Virus record (IMG/VR): IMGVR_UViG_3300033489_000035
Coordinates: 1 to 34,925 of that record
Length of the DNA stretch: 34,925 nt
Source of the DNA: a virus
Taxonomy: Duplodnaviria; Caudoviricetes
Direction: 5' to 3' (one strand)
Shown here: positions 8,235 to 15,095 of the stretch, piece after piece
Layout of the letters: each line of letters begins with the position of its first letter
How positions within the stretch are numbered: the first letter of the stretch is position 1
Position numbers and translations under genes: made by a program
Notes under the pieces: model-generated
What the model was told of the DNA's origin: nothing
Seen by the model: only the letters and a program-made list of their open reading frames with translations
Databases searched by the model: none

Positions 8235-8999
8235 TTACACTTCTGCTGGTATACCTGCCCCGGCTGGCGTGTAGTCTTTGATCTTGAGTTCCACATATCT
8301 GGCCAGAAAGGCGTCCTTTGCCGTCTCCGGCCCCCAGGGGACGATTTTCTCCGGGAGCGGCTCGAGCATCGGCGCCCATCCTTCCGTGCTGCCCATGAGA
8401 TCCCGGGCTTCCGTCGCCAGGAGAGTATCATCGGCAAAGCGGACGGATTCAGGCTCCTTATGAGGGAGCTCAAACCGGGAAATCACCGCGGTCATGATCA
8501 TGTTCTCCGCCATGCGGTAGATCGAGAACTCCGGGAGATTCTTCAGGGGCCGCGGCAGATCGATGAGATAGGCTTCCGCGGCATCATGAAGCAGCGCCCA
8601 GAGCGCGTCTTCCGGCGGGACAATACGGCTCACCCGGACGCAATGCTCGGCGACAGAGTAATGTTGCTTGACGTGGCCGGCCCACCTACACTGGAGAGCC
8701 AGGGAATGAGCGATATCAATGATGTCGATCTCCTCCGGCCGGGGATCGAGCGGATAGAAGTGGACGCCGGCATGGGTCTGCAGCCAGTCCCCCCGGCGCA
8801 CGGAGGAACTGATGGATATGGGTGAAATCTTCACCTGTCCATCTGTAATTATATGGTTGATGCGTTTTTTCATAGCGAATTCCGTTGATAGGTTGTCGCC
8901 CTGCTTCCTGAGGATCACAGCCCCCAGAATGAAAAGAATCGAGCTTCCAAGGCAGATACCGCCCATGACGATTCCCGCGATCGACAGCAGTTCTTTCAT
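8235..8999 (-). CDS. HD-domain phosphohydrolase (YfbR/YfdR-like 5'-deoxynucleotidase) with hydrophobic N-terminal extension
   Basis: DIAHSLALQCRWAGH...YSVAEH...ALLHDAAEAYLIDLPRPLK...AD..LLATEARDL. Confidence 0.85.
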   Translation of the reverse strand: MKELLSIAGIVMGGICLGSSILFILGAVILRKQGDNLSTEFAMKKRINHIITDGQVKISPISISSSVRRGDWLQTHAGVHFYPLDPRPEEIDIIDIAHSLALQCRWAGHVKQHYSVAEHCVRVSRIVPPEDALWALLHDAAEAYLIDLPRPLKNLPEFSIYRMAENMIMTAVISRFELPHKEPESVRFADDTLLATEARDLMGSTEGWAPMLEPLPEKIVPWGPETAKDAFLARYVELKIKDYTPAGAGIPAEV

Positions 9000-9472
9000 G
9001 CGTCGGCCTCCGGTTCTTCGGGATTATCGGAGCTCGCCGGAGCAGTTTCGTCCTTCGGGGCGGGTTCCGGAGCCGCCGGCTGTGGAAGTGCATCCGCTTT
9101 TGCGGCCTCGATGATCATCCTGCGCTTCGCCGTGCACCGGAGCGCGACATCGAAAGCATAGTTGACCGCTCCCTGCGACTCGGGGAATACCGGCCCTTCT
9201 TCGGTGGAGCGCACGCCCTTGTCCATGATCGCCTTGAGGATCTCGATCGCGTAGGTATCAAGGATTGTGAGCCCCACGTGGATCTCGAGGCTGTGTGCCC
9301 CGGGAGGGGATCCCTTGGGCGCTGGCGATTGGAATGTCATGGGCCGCACCGGTCCCCCGGTGTATTTCTCTCTGATGATGTCCCCTGCAGGCGGCTGCGG
9401 CGCCGGCGATGTCGGAAAGTTGATTTCTTTACGGTTCATCCTTTCTGCCCTCCTCCGTGCTTCTCTTCCCAT
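8996..9472 (-). CDS. hypothetical protein, 158 aa, with Pro-rich termini
   Basis: Purine-rich RBS; ATGA overlap with the HD gene. Confidence 0.65.
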   Translation of the reverse strand: MGREARRRAERMNRKEINFPTSPAPQPPAGDIIREKYTGGPVRPMTFQSPAPKGSPPGAHSLEIHVGLTILDTYAIEILKAIMDKGVRSTEEGPVFPESQGAVNYAFDVALRCTAKRRMIIEAAKADALPQPAAPEPAPKDETAPASSDNPEEPEADA

Positions 9473-9638
9473 TTATTCGCCCTTCCTTTCCTGATTGATT
9501 GAAGACGGGGCGAGATCGCGGGGTCGATCCCGCCCCTTGAGAAATCCGATGAGAAGGAGGTTTTATGAGTGTTTGGGCGCGAAAACGTGTCGCGCCTATC
9601 TTTAAGCCCACGCCCCGCTCGGGGCTCGCAGACCATGA

Positions 9639-9995
9639 TCATGCCGCGTGCTCCTTCAGGTACTTTTTCCGATACTCGGCCACCTCCGCGTCCGACATCT
9701 GGAGCCATACGCGGACCACACTCTCGTGGTAGCAGATCGTTCCACCGACGTCCTTGGGCTCCTCCGGCGGCCAGTAGGCGGGTTTCCCGCGGATGGAGTT
9801 GTAGAAGCTCTCGAATTCCGCGAGCTCCTTCCCGCGTATCCGCTTCTCCAGCCCGCGTTTGGCGGCGCACATCTGCCGCTTCGTCCACCAGACGTGCGCC
9901 GGCCGGACGATCGCCTTGATCTCCGCGAACTCCAGGCGCATGGATTCGATGGACGTGAGCACTTCGGCTATCTCCGGGATCTCAACTTTCGCCAC
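9639..9995 (-). CDS. putative excisionase-like DNA-binding protein
   Basis: GTG with AGGAGG RBS. N-terminal coiled segment, then WWTKRQMCAAKR...VGGTICYHESVVRVWL, resembling a MerR/Xis winged helix. Confidence 0.45.
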   Translation of the reverse strand: MAKVEIPEIAEVLTSIESMRLEFAEIKAIVRPAHVWWTKRQMCAAKRGLEKRIRGKELAEFESFYNSIRGKPAYWPPEEPKDVGGTICYHESVVRVWLQMSDAEVAEYRKKYLKEHAA

Positions 9996-10049
9996 GCTAT
10001 GCGCCCTCCTCTAAAAAGCCCTTGCTACTATTCGGATTACTGAGAGGAA

Positions 10050-10256
10050 TTATTTCGCTATCAGCAGTACATCCCTCGTCGGTTTCTCGCGCATCATGCT
10101 GAAGAGTTGCAGTTTTAGTTCTGCAATCTTCACAACCGTCTGGAATGCGTTACGCTTCGCTGTCAATTCCGATGGAGCTATCCGACCCTTCTCCATTTCC
10201 TCTACGGAATCTATAAGATTCCTTGCGATGTCGTCCAAACTCTCGATTCTTTTCAC
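10050..10256 (-). CDS. small helical hypothetical protein (MKRIESLDDIARNL...)
   Basis: GTG at 10256 with AAGGAG RBS; overlaps the 3' end of the upstream low-GC gene. Confidence 0.6.
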   Translation of the reverse strand: MKRIESLDDIARNLIDSVEEMEKGRIAPSELTAKRNAFQTVVKIAELKLQLFSMMREKPTRDVLLIAK

Positions 10257-10893
10257 GGCTCTTCTCCTTGTAATTGGATATGGCCACATTGACAACGTCA
10301 ATGTTTATATATGCTTTGATTAAAGAAATGAGTTCTTTTCTATCAATATTTATATATTTGAAATGATCCGCTATTTTGCGTGAAATGGTTTTTGTTATTT
10401 TATTCTTTAGCCATTCATCTCTGAATCTTGACAGACAGTCAGAACATATTTCATCAGGTATTCCTATTCTATAATCATCATACCAGAAAAATCTTTCCCT
10501 TTCTGTTGCGTGACGATGATGACACATAGGACAAAAATAATTTTCTTTTTTATTTAAAGAGATCTCTATTTCTTCACAATGTTTGTATAAATGTAAAATA
10601 TATTCTGCCATCTCTCGAAAGCAAAATAAATATTCTTTCGAGAGATGGGTTATATTCATTATATGTCTTAATTGGTCCGGTATTTCTAGTGAATAATATT
10701 CTATTCCGTGACCATAAGGGCCATTTCCGTCTTTTATTCCTATATTTCTTGCTATTTTATCCCGACTTAAATATCTATTTTTCGTATAATATATTGCACC
10801 CCCAGTATTCCATTTAGTGGTTTTTTCACCATCTATAATTTCCTCCGGATTAAATTTTACTTTAATGTAAGATCTATCATCTATTTCAATCAT
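10150..10893 (-). CDS. AT-rich hypothetical protein with CxxC...CxxC zinc site
   Basis: CPMC and CSDC motifs; DNA is visibly much more AT-rich than the flanks. Confidence 0.7.
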   Translation of the reverse strand: MIEIDDRSYIKVKFNPEEIIDGEKTTKWNTGGAIYYTKNRYLSRDKIARNIGIKDGNGPYGHGIEYYSLEIPDQLRHIMNITHLSKEYLFCFREMAEYILHLYKHCEEIEISLNKKENYFCPMCHHRHATERERFFWYDDYRIGIPDEICSDCLSRFRDEWLKNKITKTISRKIADHFKYINIDRKELISLIKAYINIDVVNVAISNYKEKSREKNREFGRHRKESYRFRRGNGEGSDSSIGIDSEA

Positions 10894-11104
10894 CTGTTTT
10901 TCTCACCCTGAAAACCGCGAACGGTGTCCGAATCTCTCCAGCGTCGTGGAGTGTCAGGAGCGCCGTCCCTTCCTTCCAGTACCCGGCCCATTCTGTGCGC
11001 TTCAGGAATTCTGCCTGGTTGATCTCCTCCCACGGCCCGAGGCCCCGGGGTTCGACGTATGCGCGCTCGATGCGAAGTAGAGGAACGGGAGGGCATGGCG
11101 TCAT
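10886..11104 (-). CDS. hypothetical protein, 72 aa (MTPCPPVPLL...)
   Basis: GGAGGTG RBS; ATGA overlap with 11101..11295. Confidence 0.6.
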   Translation of the reverse strand: MTPCPPVPLLRIERAYVEPRGLGPWEEINQAEFLKRTEWAGYWKEGTALLTLHDAGEIRTPFAVFRVRKTDD

Positions 11105-11295
11105 GCTGCACCTCCGGAAACAGAAAGGAGAGGAAGAACGGGGCCTCCCTCTCCTTTCTCTGGACGTTTCGACGCGAAATATGCGGCCTCGATGTCGGCG
11201 ACACATTCAGGGCATAATCCGTGAGATATTGCGCCGGTGGGGCCTGGAAGATCAGTGCGCAGAATCTTCTGGCATTCGCAACAAACGGACGTCAT
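11101..11295 (-). CDS. small Cys-rich Zn-binding protein
   Basis: VCCECQK...ISHGLCPEC; ATGA-coupled on both sides. Confidence 0.7.
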   Translation of the reverse strand: MTSVCCECQKILRTDLPGPTGAISHGLCPECVADIEAAYFASKRPEKGEGGPVLPLLSVSGGAA

Positions 11296-11447
11296 GCGCT
11301 CTTCGCCTTTTCCAATCGTGTATCGACTTCTGCTTCAAGGATTGTCAAAGCTTCCGAGGTCAAAGATCGATGTTCCTTGATTGCCAGTTTTCGAAGCTTT
11401 TCCTTGAGATCGGCCGGCATCTGGATCTGCAGCAATTCAGTCTTCAT
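11292..11447 (-). CDS. Arc/Mnt-like ribbon-helix-helix regulator, 51 aa, first gene of the early operon (Cro-position)
   Basis: LLQIQMPADLKEKLRKLAIKEHRSLTSEALTILE fits the RHH pattern. ATG 11447 lies 7 nt after a -10 box. Confidence 0.8.
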   Translation of the reverse strand: MKTELLQIQMPADLKEKLRKLAIKEHRSLTSEALTILEAEVDTRLEKAKSA

Positions 11448-11454
11448 AATAAAA

Positions 11455-11483
11455 ACTTTATCACGCAAAATATGTACTGTCAA
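11455..11483 (-). promoter_or_regulatory. early promoter, probably leaderless transcript
   Basis: TTGACA (11483-11478), 17 nt, TAAAGT (11460-11455) with extended TG, then 7 nt to ATG with no SD. Confidence 0.75.
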
Positions 11484-11497
11484 TACTTTGTACATAT
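11470..11497. promoter_or_regulatory. candidate operator (inverted repeat)
   Basis: ATATGTAC-N12-GTACATAT brackets the -35 hexamer of the early promoter. Confidence 0.55.
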
Positions 11498-11548
11498 ATT
11501 TACAAAATAGCCGAGATATGTCGATGATATAAGGAATTAGGAGTTATC

Positions 11549-11770
11549 ATGCCAAGAGATGAAAACAAAAAACTTGTGCAAATACAGGTTTCTCTCGCAC
11601 TTCGGAAGAAACTCGAATCATTGGCTATAGAAGATAGGAGAAGTCTCGTCGGTGAGTGTTTATGGCTTATAGAACAGGGAATAAAAAGACGTTCGAGAAT
11701 GGAATCAATTGAGGATGTACCGCCTCCTCGTACTGGCCGCACAACCCCGCGCGCGGCGAAGCAAGCATAG
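11549..11770 (+). CDS. Arc/Mnt-like ribbon-helix-helix regulator, 73 aa (repressor position)
   Basis: LVQIQVSLALRKKLESLAIEDRRSLVGECLWLIE; AGGAG RBS; divergent from the early operon. Confidence 0.8.
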   Translation: MPRDENKKLVQIQVSLALRKKLESLAIEDRRSLVGECLWLIEQGIKRRSRMESIEDVPPPRTGRTTPRAAKQA

Positions 11771-11836
11771 GCTGTAAAATTATCCGATTCCCGGTGCCGT
11801 CTGGATGATTCTTTGCCGGTATGATACTGTCGCTAT

Positions 11837-12160
11837 ATGAAAAAGATTATTCTCATAGTTCTTCTGGTTGGAATTCTTTTCCTTGGCTGCCAGGATCCAG
11901 GGAAATACAACCCCTTCGTCGGAACGTGGATTCTGGGCGGAGGCTTCATGACTTACACTTTCGAAGCCGACATGAGTTGTTCAACGGCTGGATTCTCGGT
12001 TGCTACCGGAGGAATCTATTCCTATACTGATACTCAGCTTGACATCACATGGCCGAATGGAAACACTTTCGCGGCTCTCTATATGATTGATGGCGATAGG
12101 ATGGAACTCTCTGCGATCCCTCCGGAGCCAGCGTTCATGATGATCCTAATCAGACAGTAG
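11837..12160 (+). CDS. lipoprotein (small beta-rich, lipocalin-like), candidate lysogenic/exclusion factor
   Basis: MKKIILIVLLVGILFLG-C lipobox; NPFVGTW and GIYSYTD motifs; co-oriented with the putative repressor. Confidence 0.75.
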   Translation: MKKIILIVLLVGILFLGCQDPGKYNPFVGTWILGGGFMTYTFEADMSCSTAGFSVATGGIYSYTDTQLDITWPNGNTFAALYMIDGDRMELSAIPPEPAFMMILIRQ

Positions 12161-13258
12161 TCCTTCCACAACATCGCGTGCCGGCTCCAGTTCTTTGATC
12201 TGCTGCTCGATCGCTGGGTGATCATAGCGCTCTGACATCTCGCTCGAATGGTGCCCGGTCAGTCGATGGAGCAGCGCTTCGGGGAGCTGGCGGCGCATTG
12301 CCGTGTTGAACGTATGCCGGAAGGAATGGACGACGAGCATCCGCTCCCCGCGATCGATCCCCGCCCTCCGGAGCGCCGGCGCCAGGGAGTGCGTAACCAT
12401 GGCCGAGCTGATCGGAGCCCCCCGCCGCGGACCGGAGAAGATAAAGTCCTCCGGATCGCCCCAGACGTCTTTCTCCTGCCAGGTCCGGAACTCGACCTCG
12501 AGCCGGGGATGCATCAGGACGATCTTCGATCCGCCCTTCTTCGAGCTGATCTCCCCAATGTCCCCGCTCCAGGCCCGGGCCGCGGAATCGACGAGGATCG
12601 CATGATCATCCCAGAGGATCTTCCCCCACCGGAGCGCCCGGGCCTCCCCGGAACGGATACCCGTGGTCGCTAGGAGTAGAAAGAGGCAGGCCGTCCGCTG
12701 CCGGCCCCAGATCTGAGCCAGGTCGCCCTCGGGGAAGAGTTTCCGGAGTTCCGCGACTGAAAACACGTCCCGCGGCCGGAAGTCCTTTCCGAAGGGCTCC
12801 ACACGCTCGAGGGGGGAGCGCACCAGGGCGCCGGCGTCTACGGCGTCCCGGAGGATGATCCTGAAGGTGTAAAGGATATGGTTCCGGGTCTGGTTCGAGA
12901 GCTGAAGGCCGACGAGCCACTTCTCGATTTCTGCCTTCGTGAGCTCGGAGAGCTGCCGGGCCCCAAATTTTGGGAGGATGCGCTCCGAGAGGTGCCGGCG
13001 GCGCCCGGAGGCCGTCGCCTCCCCAAACGGCCTGCCCTTGGCATGCTGGCGGGCGATCCACGGGGATCCTGTATCGAAGAAGCCGGCGGCGAAGCGGTTC
13101 AACGTCGGATCATAACCCGTCGGCTGCTCAATCTGCCGATTTGCGTAGTCCTCCGCCTTCGCCCGCGACATCTCTCGGGTTGTATGGAACGTGGATTCCG
13201 TACGGAGCTTGTAGTACCAGAACCTGCCGCGGCGGGTCAGGAGATAGGGGCGCTTCAT
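12146..13258 (-). CDS. int: tyrosine recombinase / phage integrase
   Basis: TGIRSGEARAL (R), HSFRH (HxxR), LTGH...SERY (H, Y). Start at ATG 13258 (MKRPYLL), ATGA-coupled to the upstream ORF. Confidence 0.95.
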   Translation of the reverse strand: MKRPYLLTRRGRFWYYKLRTESTFHTTREMSRAKAEDYANRQIEQPTGYDPTLNRFAAGFFDTGSPWIARQHAKGRPFGEATASGRRRHLSERILPKFGARQLSELTKAEIEKWLVGLQLSNQTRNHILYTFRIILRDAVDAGALVRSPLERVEPFGKDFRPRDVFSVAELRKLFPEGDLAQIWGRQRTACLFLLLATTGIRSGEARALRWGKILWDDHAILVDSAARAWSGDIGEISSKKGGSKIVLMHPRLEVEFRTWQEKDVWGDPEDFIFSGPRRGAPISSAMVTHSLAPALRRAGIDRGERMLVVHSFRHTFNTAMRRQLPEALLHRLTGHHSSEMSERYDHPAIEQQIKELEPARDVVEGLLSD

Positions 13259-13443
13259 TGAAAAAGGGTATTGAATGCTTTTACAACTGGAGCAAGCGTC
13301 TTTAGAACCGAAGCAGTCCACAGTTCCGTACACTCTTCTGCAAAGAGCCTCATTTTATGAACATATAATTGGAGTTTCCTCTGCGAACGCGATTTGCGCA
13401 GTGCAATACGTTTGATTCTTAAAATTTTATTCCTTTGCGTCAT
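13255..13443 (-). CDS. small basic protein coupled to int
   Basis: GGAAGGAG RBS before ATG 13443 (MTQRNKILRIKR); stop overlaps the int start. Confidence 0.5.
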   Translation of the reverse strand: MTQRNKILRIKRIALRKSRSQRKLQLYVHKMRLFAEECTELWTASVLKTLAPVVKAFNTLFQ

Positions 13444-13476
13444 TCTGGATTCTCCTTCCTGTGAATATCTGAACAT

Positions 13477-13671
13477 TCATGCCCTGGCCTGCTGGAAAAC
13501 GCGATCGCATTTATCGCAGCGAAACCCCTCATGGAGCACGAGGCAGCCCACAATCCCATTCGGGCAAGGGATCCGCGTTTTCCGCAGAGTCCCCCCGCAT
13601 CCAGGGCAGCTCCCGGCCGCGGGGCTGGATTTCTCGATGATTTGCCGTGGTATTTCGATCAATTTCAGCAT
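13477..13671 (-). CDS. small zinc-ribbon protein
   Basis: CPGC, CPNG..GC..LH and CDKC; first ORF after a strong promoter. Confidence 0.6.
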   Translation of the reverse strand: MLKLIEIPRQIIEKSSPAAGSCPGCGGTLRKTRIPCPNGIVGCLVLHEGFRCDKCDRVFQQARA

Positions 13672-13722
13672 AAAAATGGCCTCTTTGAAAAATCATTCAC
13701 GAATCATTCACACTCGGGGTGG

Positions 13723-13751
13723 ATTATAGTGTATTTTCGGGAGTATGTAAA
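13723..13751 (-). promoter_or_regulatory. promoter for the Zn-ribbon / basic ORF / int operon
   Basis: TTTACA (13751-13746), 17 nt, TATAAT (13728-13723). Confidence 0.75.
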
Positions 13752-13793
13752 CAGGTATCTATTTACTTTCTCAATAAGGAAATGGAAGATCGA

Positions 13794-13836
13794 AGCGAGC
13801 GAGGAGAATCGAACTCCCGACTCCAGCTTGGGAAGC
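13794..13836 (-). other. att core: 3' half of tRNA-Gly(CCC), not a full tRNA
   Basis: Minus strand reads GC-TTCCCAA-GCTGG-AGTC-GGGAG-TTCGATT-CTCCT-CGCTCGC-T: anticodon loop, T arm and acceptor 3' strand. No D arm or 5' acceptor strand upstream. Confidence 0.85.
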
Positions 13837-13966
13837 CCTGGACCGGATGATACAAGCCCTATTCCCTTGTTTTATAGCGACTTTCTTCTATAGTAATCTT
13901 CTTTAGAATGATATATTTGATATAGCACATTCAGGCGGAATTGACAACAAATCATTCACATTTAAT

Positions 13967-14449
13967 TCACAGTCCCTGATCCGTAGTATTCTTCCCGAGC
14001 GGCCCCTCTCCATGCGTATGCGTCGCGATCCAGATCGCCTGTTCATATTTATAGGTTTTGAAATCATCCCAACCAGATTCAGCCACGTTGAAATATTTCC
14101 GATTATCCGCAAACACATACATATGCCATTCGAACGCCTTTGCTTCCCAGATCAAGAGAGGATCATCGCCGAATTGTGTTCGCGCGATGTATGCGAAAAG
14201 AATTGCGCGGTCTTCGCAGTCGCCTTTCATCGATCGCAGGGTCTCGTCCGGGGCCGCCCAGTATTCTGTCTTTCCATACTGATCCATATCACGCGCCGAC
14301 CGGATTGCGTTATAACAGAAATTTGCAGCATCTCCGAGAGATTCGAAGGAAGGACATTCACATGAATATTCGTTTTCCTGTTGTCCGAGATAGATCAGAT
14401 TACAGCTTGACAAAGAGATGATAAAAATTATGAATAACACATTTCTCAT
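13967..14449 (-). CDS. lipoprotein with transglutaminase-like cysteine protease (BTLCP-like) domain; moron
   Basis: MRNVLFIIFIISLSS-C lipobox; EYWAAPDETL...GDCEDRAIL...WHMY. Confidence 0.8.
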   Translation of the reverse strand: MRNVLFIIFIISLSSCNLIYLGQQENEYSCECPSFESLGDAANFCYNAIRSARDMDQYGKTEYWAAPDETLRSMKGDCEDRAILFAYIARTQFGDDPLLIWEAKAFEWHMYVFADNRKYFNVAESGWDDFKTYKYEQAIWIATHTHGEGPLGKNTTDQGL

Positions 14450-14456
14450 GCTGTAA

Positions 14457-14485
14457 AACATACCACATTTAGCGGGTTTCGACAA
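14457..14485 (-). promoter_or_regulatory. own promoter of the lipoprotein moron, probably leaderless
   Basis: TTGTCG, 17 nt, TATGTT with extended TG, then 7 nt to ATG 14449 with no SD. Confidence 0.6.
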
Positions 14486-14488
14486 TTT

Positions 14489-15094
14489 CTACCACGCGCC
14501 GAGTAGATGCCCTCCGCCGTATACCGCGCCAGCTCCCGCGAGTGTCGCGAGGATCCCGCAGGCCCATTTCAATATGCGGTTCTCGGCCTCAAGGGCCTCC
14601 GCGGTATCCTGCGCCTTCTCCAGGGCCTGGTCGTACTCCGCCTGTTTGGATTCCAAGTCCCTCCGCAGCTCGTTGACCGAACTCTTCGATTCCTTCAATT
14701 GCGCGGAGAGCGTCTTCACTTCCTGCAAGGCGTTCTCTAATGATTTCGCCGAGTCGATTGAGTGCTGCGTCGCGCTCGCGAGTAACGAGTCGTATAGTTT
14801 CTCCGCGGCTTCTAATTTCTGCGAGATAATCTCTTTCTCGTTCAAGGCCCTCGTCCAGGCTTCTTTCGAGGCCAAGAGTTCGAGCTTCACTGTCAGACAG
14901 TTGTCCCGAAATTGCTGATAGTCCCCAGATCCAATTTGTGGAGTCGGCTTTCCAGTTTGCCCGGAGCTCGGCCAGCTCTGTAGAAAGAGTGCCAGTATCA
15001 GGGCGATATTTGAGAAAATACCCGCCCACCAGCGCGAGGATGATGCCGGCGAGAAAGACGATCGGAAGGATCCACCATTTAATTTTGAGCACAC
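14489..15094 (-). CDS. spanin-position protein B: signal/TM segment, coiled coil, C-terminal TM
   Basis: IFSNIALILALFLQ, a long heptad region, and WACGILATLAGAGAVYGG. Start proposed at GTG 15094, directly after the holin stop; the track start 15163 lies inside the holin. Confidence 0.65.
   Translation of the reverse strand: MCSKLNGGSFRSSFSPASSSRWWAGIFSNIALILALFLQSWPSSGQTGKPTPQIGSGDYQQFRDNCLTVKLELLASKEAWTRALNEKEIISQKLEAAEKLYDSLLASATQHSIDSAKSLENALQEVKTLSAQLKESKSSVNELRRDLESKQAEYDQALEKAQDTAEALEAENRILKWACGILATLAGAGAVYGGGHLLGAW
14589..15092 (-). CDS. spanin-position protein A (Rz-like): N-terminal TM anchor and coiled coil, nested in another frame of protein B
   Basis: GTG 7 nt after GAGGAG; MLKIKWWILPIVFLAGIILALVGGYFL followed by a helical region; 167 codons without a stop. 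Confidence 0.6.
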   Translation of the reverse strand: MLKIKWWILPIVFLAGIILALVGGYFLKYRPDTGTLSTELAELRANWKADSTNWIWGLSAISGQLSDSEARTLGLERSLDEGLERERDYLAEIRSRGETIRLVTRERDAALNRLGEIIRERLAGSEDALRAIEGIEEFGQRAAEGLGIQTGGVRPGPGEGAGYRGGP

Positions 15095-15095
15095 T

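Larger units (their letters stand above)
13691..13970. other. attP: attP region with arm-type repeats
   Basis: AATCATTCAC at 13691-13700, 13702-13711 and 13950-13959, plus TTTAATTCAC at 13961-13970. Two tandem pairs with 11-bp period flank the tRNA-like core. Confidence 0.75.

Noticed and set aside
8235-8800. DatZ / Z-genome (2-aminoadenine) pathway
   Set aside because: No PurZ or MazZ in the window; the motifs fit the common YfdR-like phage HD family.
13259-13333. Longer integrase start at 13333
   Set aside because: It overlaps the upstream ORF; ATG 13258 gives an ATGA coupling and a typical N-terminus.
13794-13870. Complete tRNA-Gly gene
   Set aside because: Only the anticodon loop to discriminator is present; the upstream sequence has no GCGAGCG acceptor strand or D arm. 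Treated as an att core.
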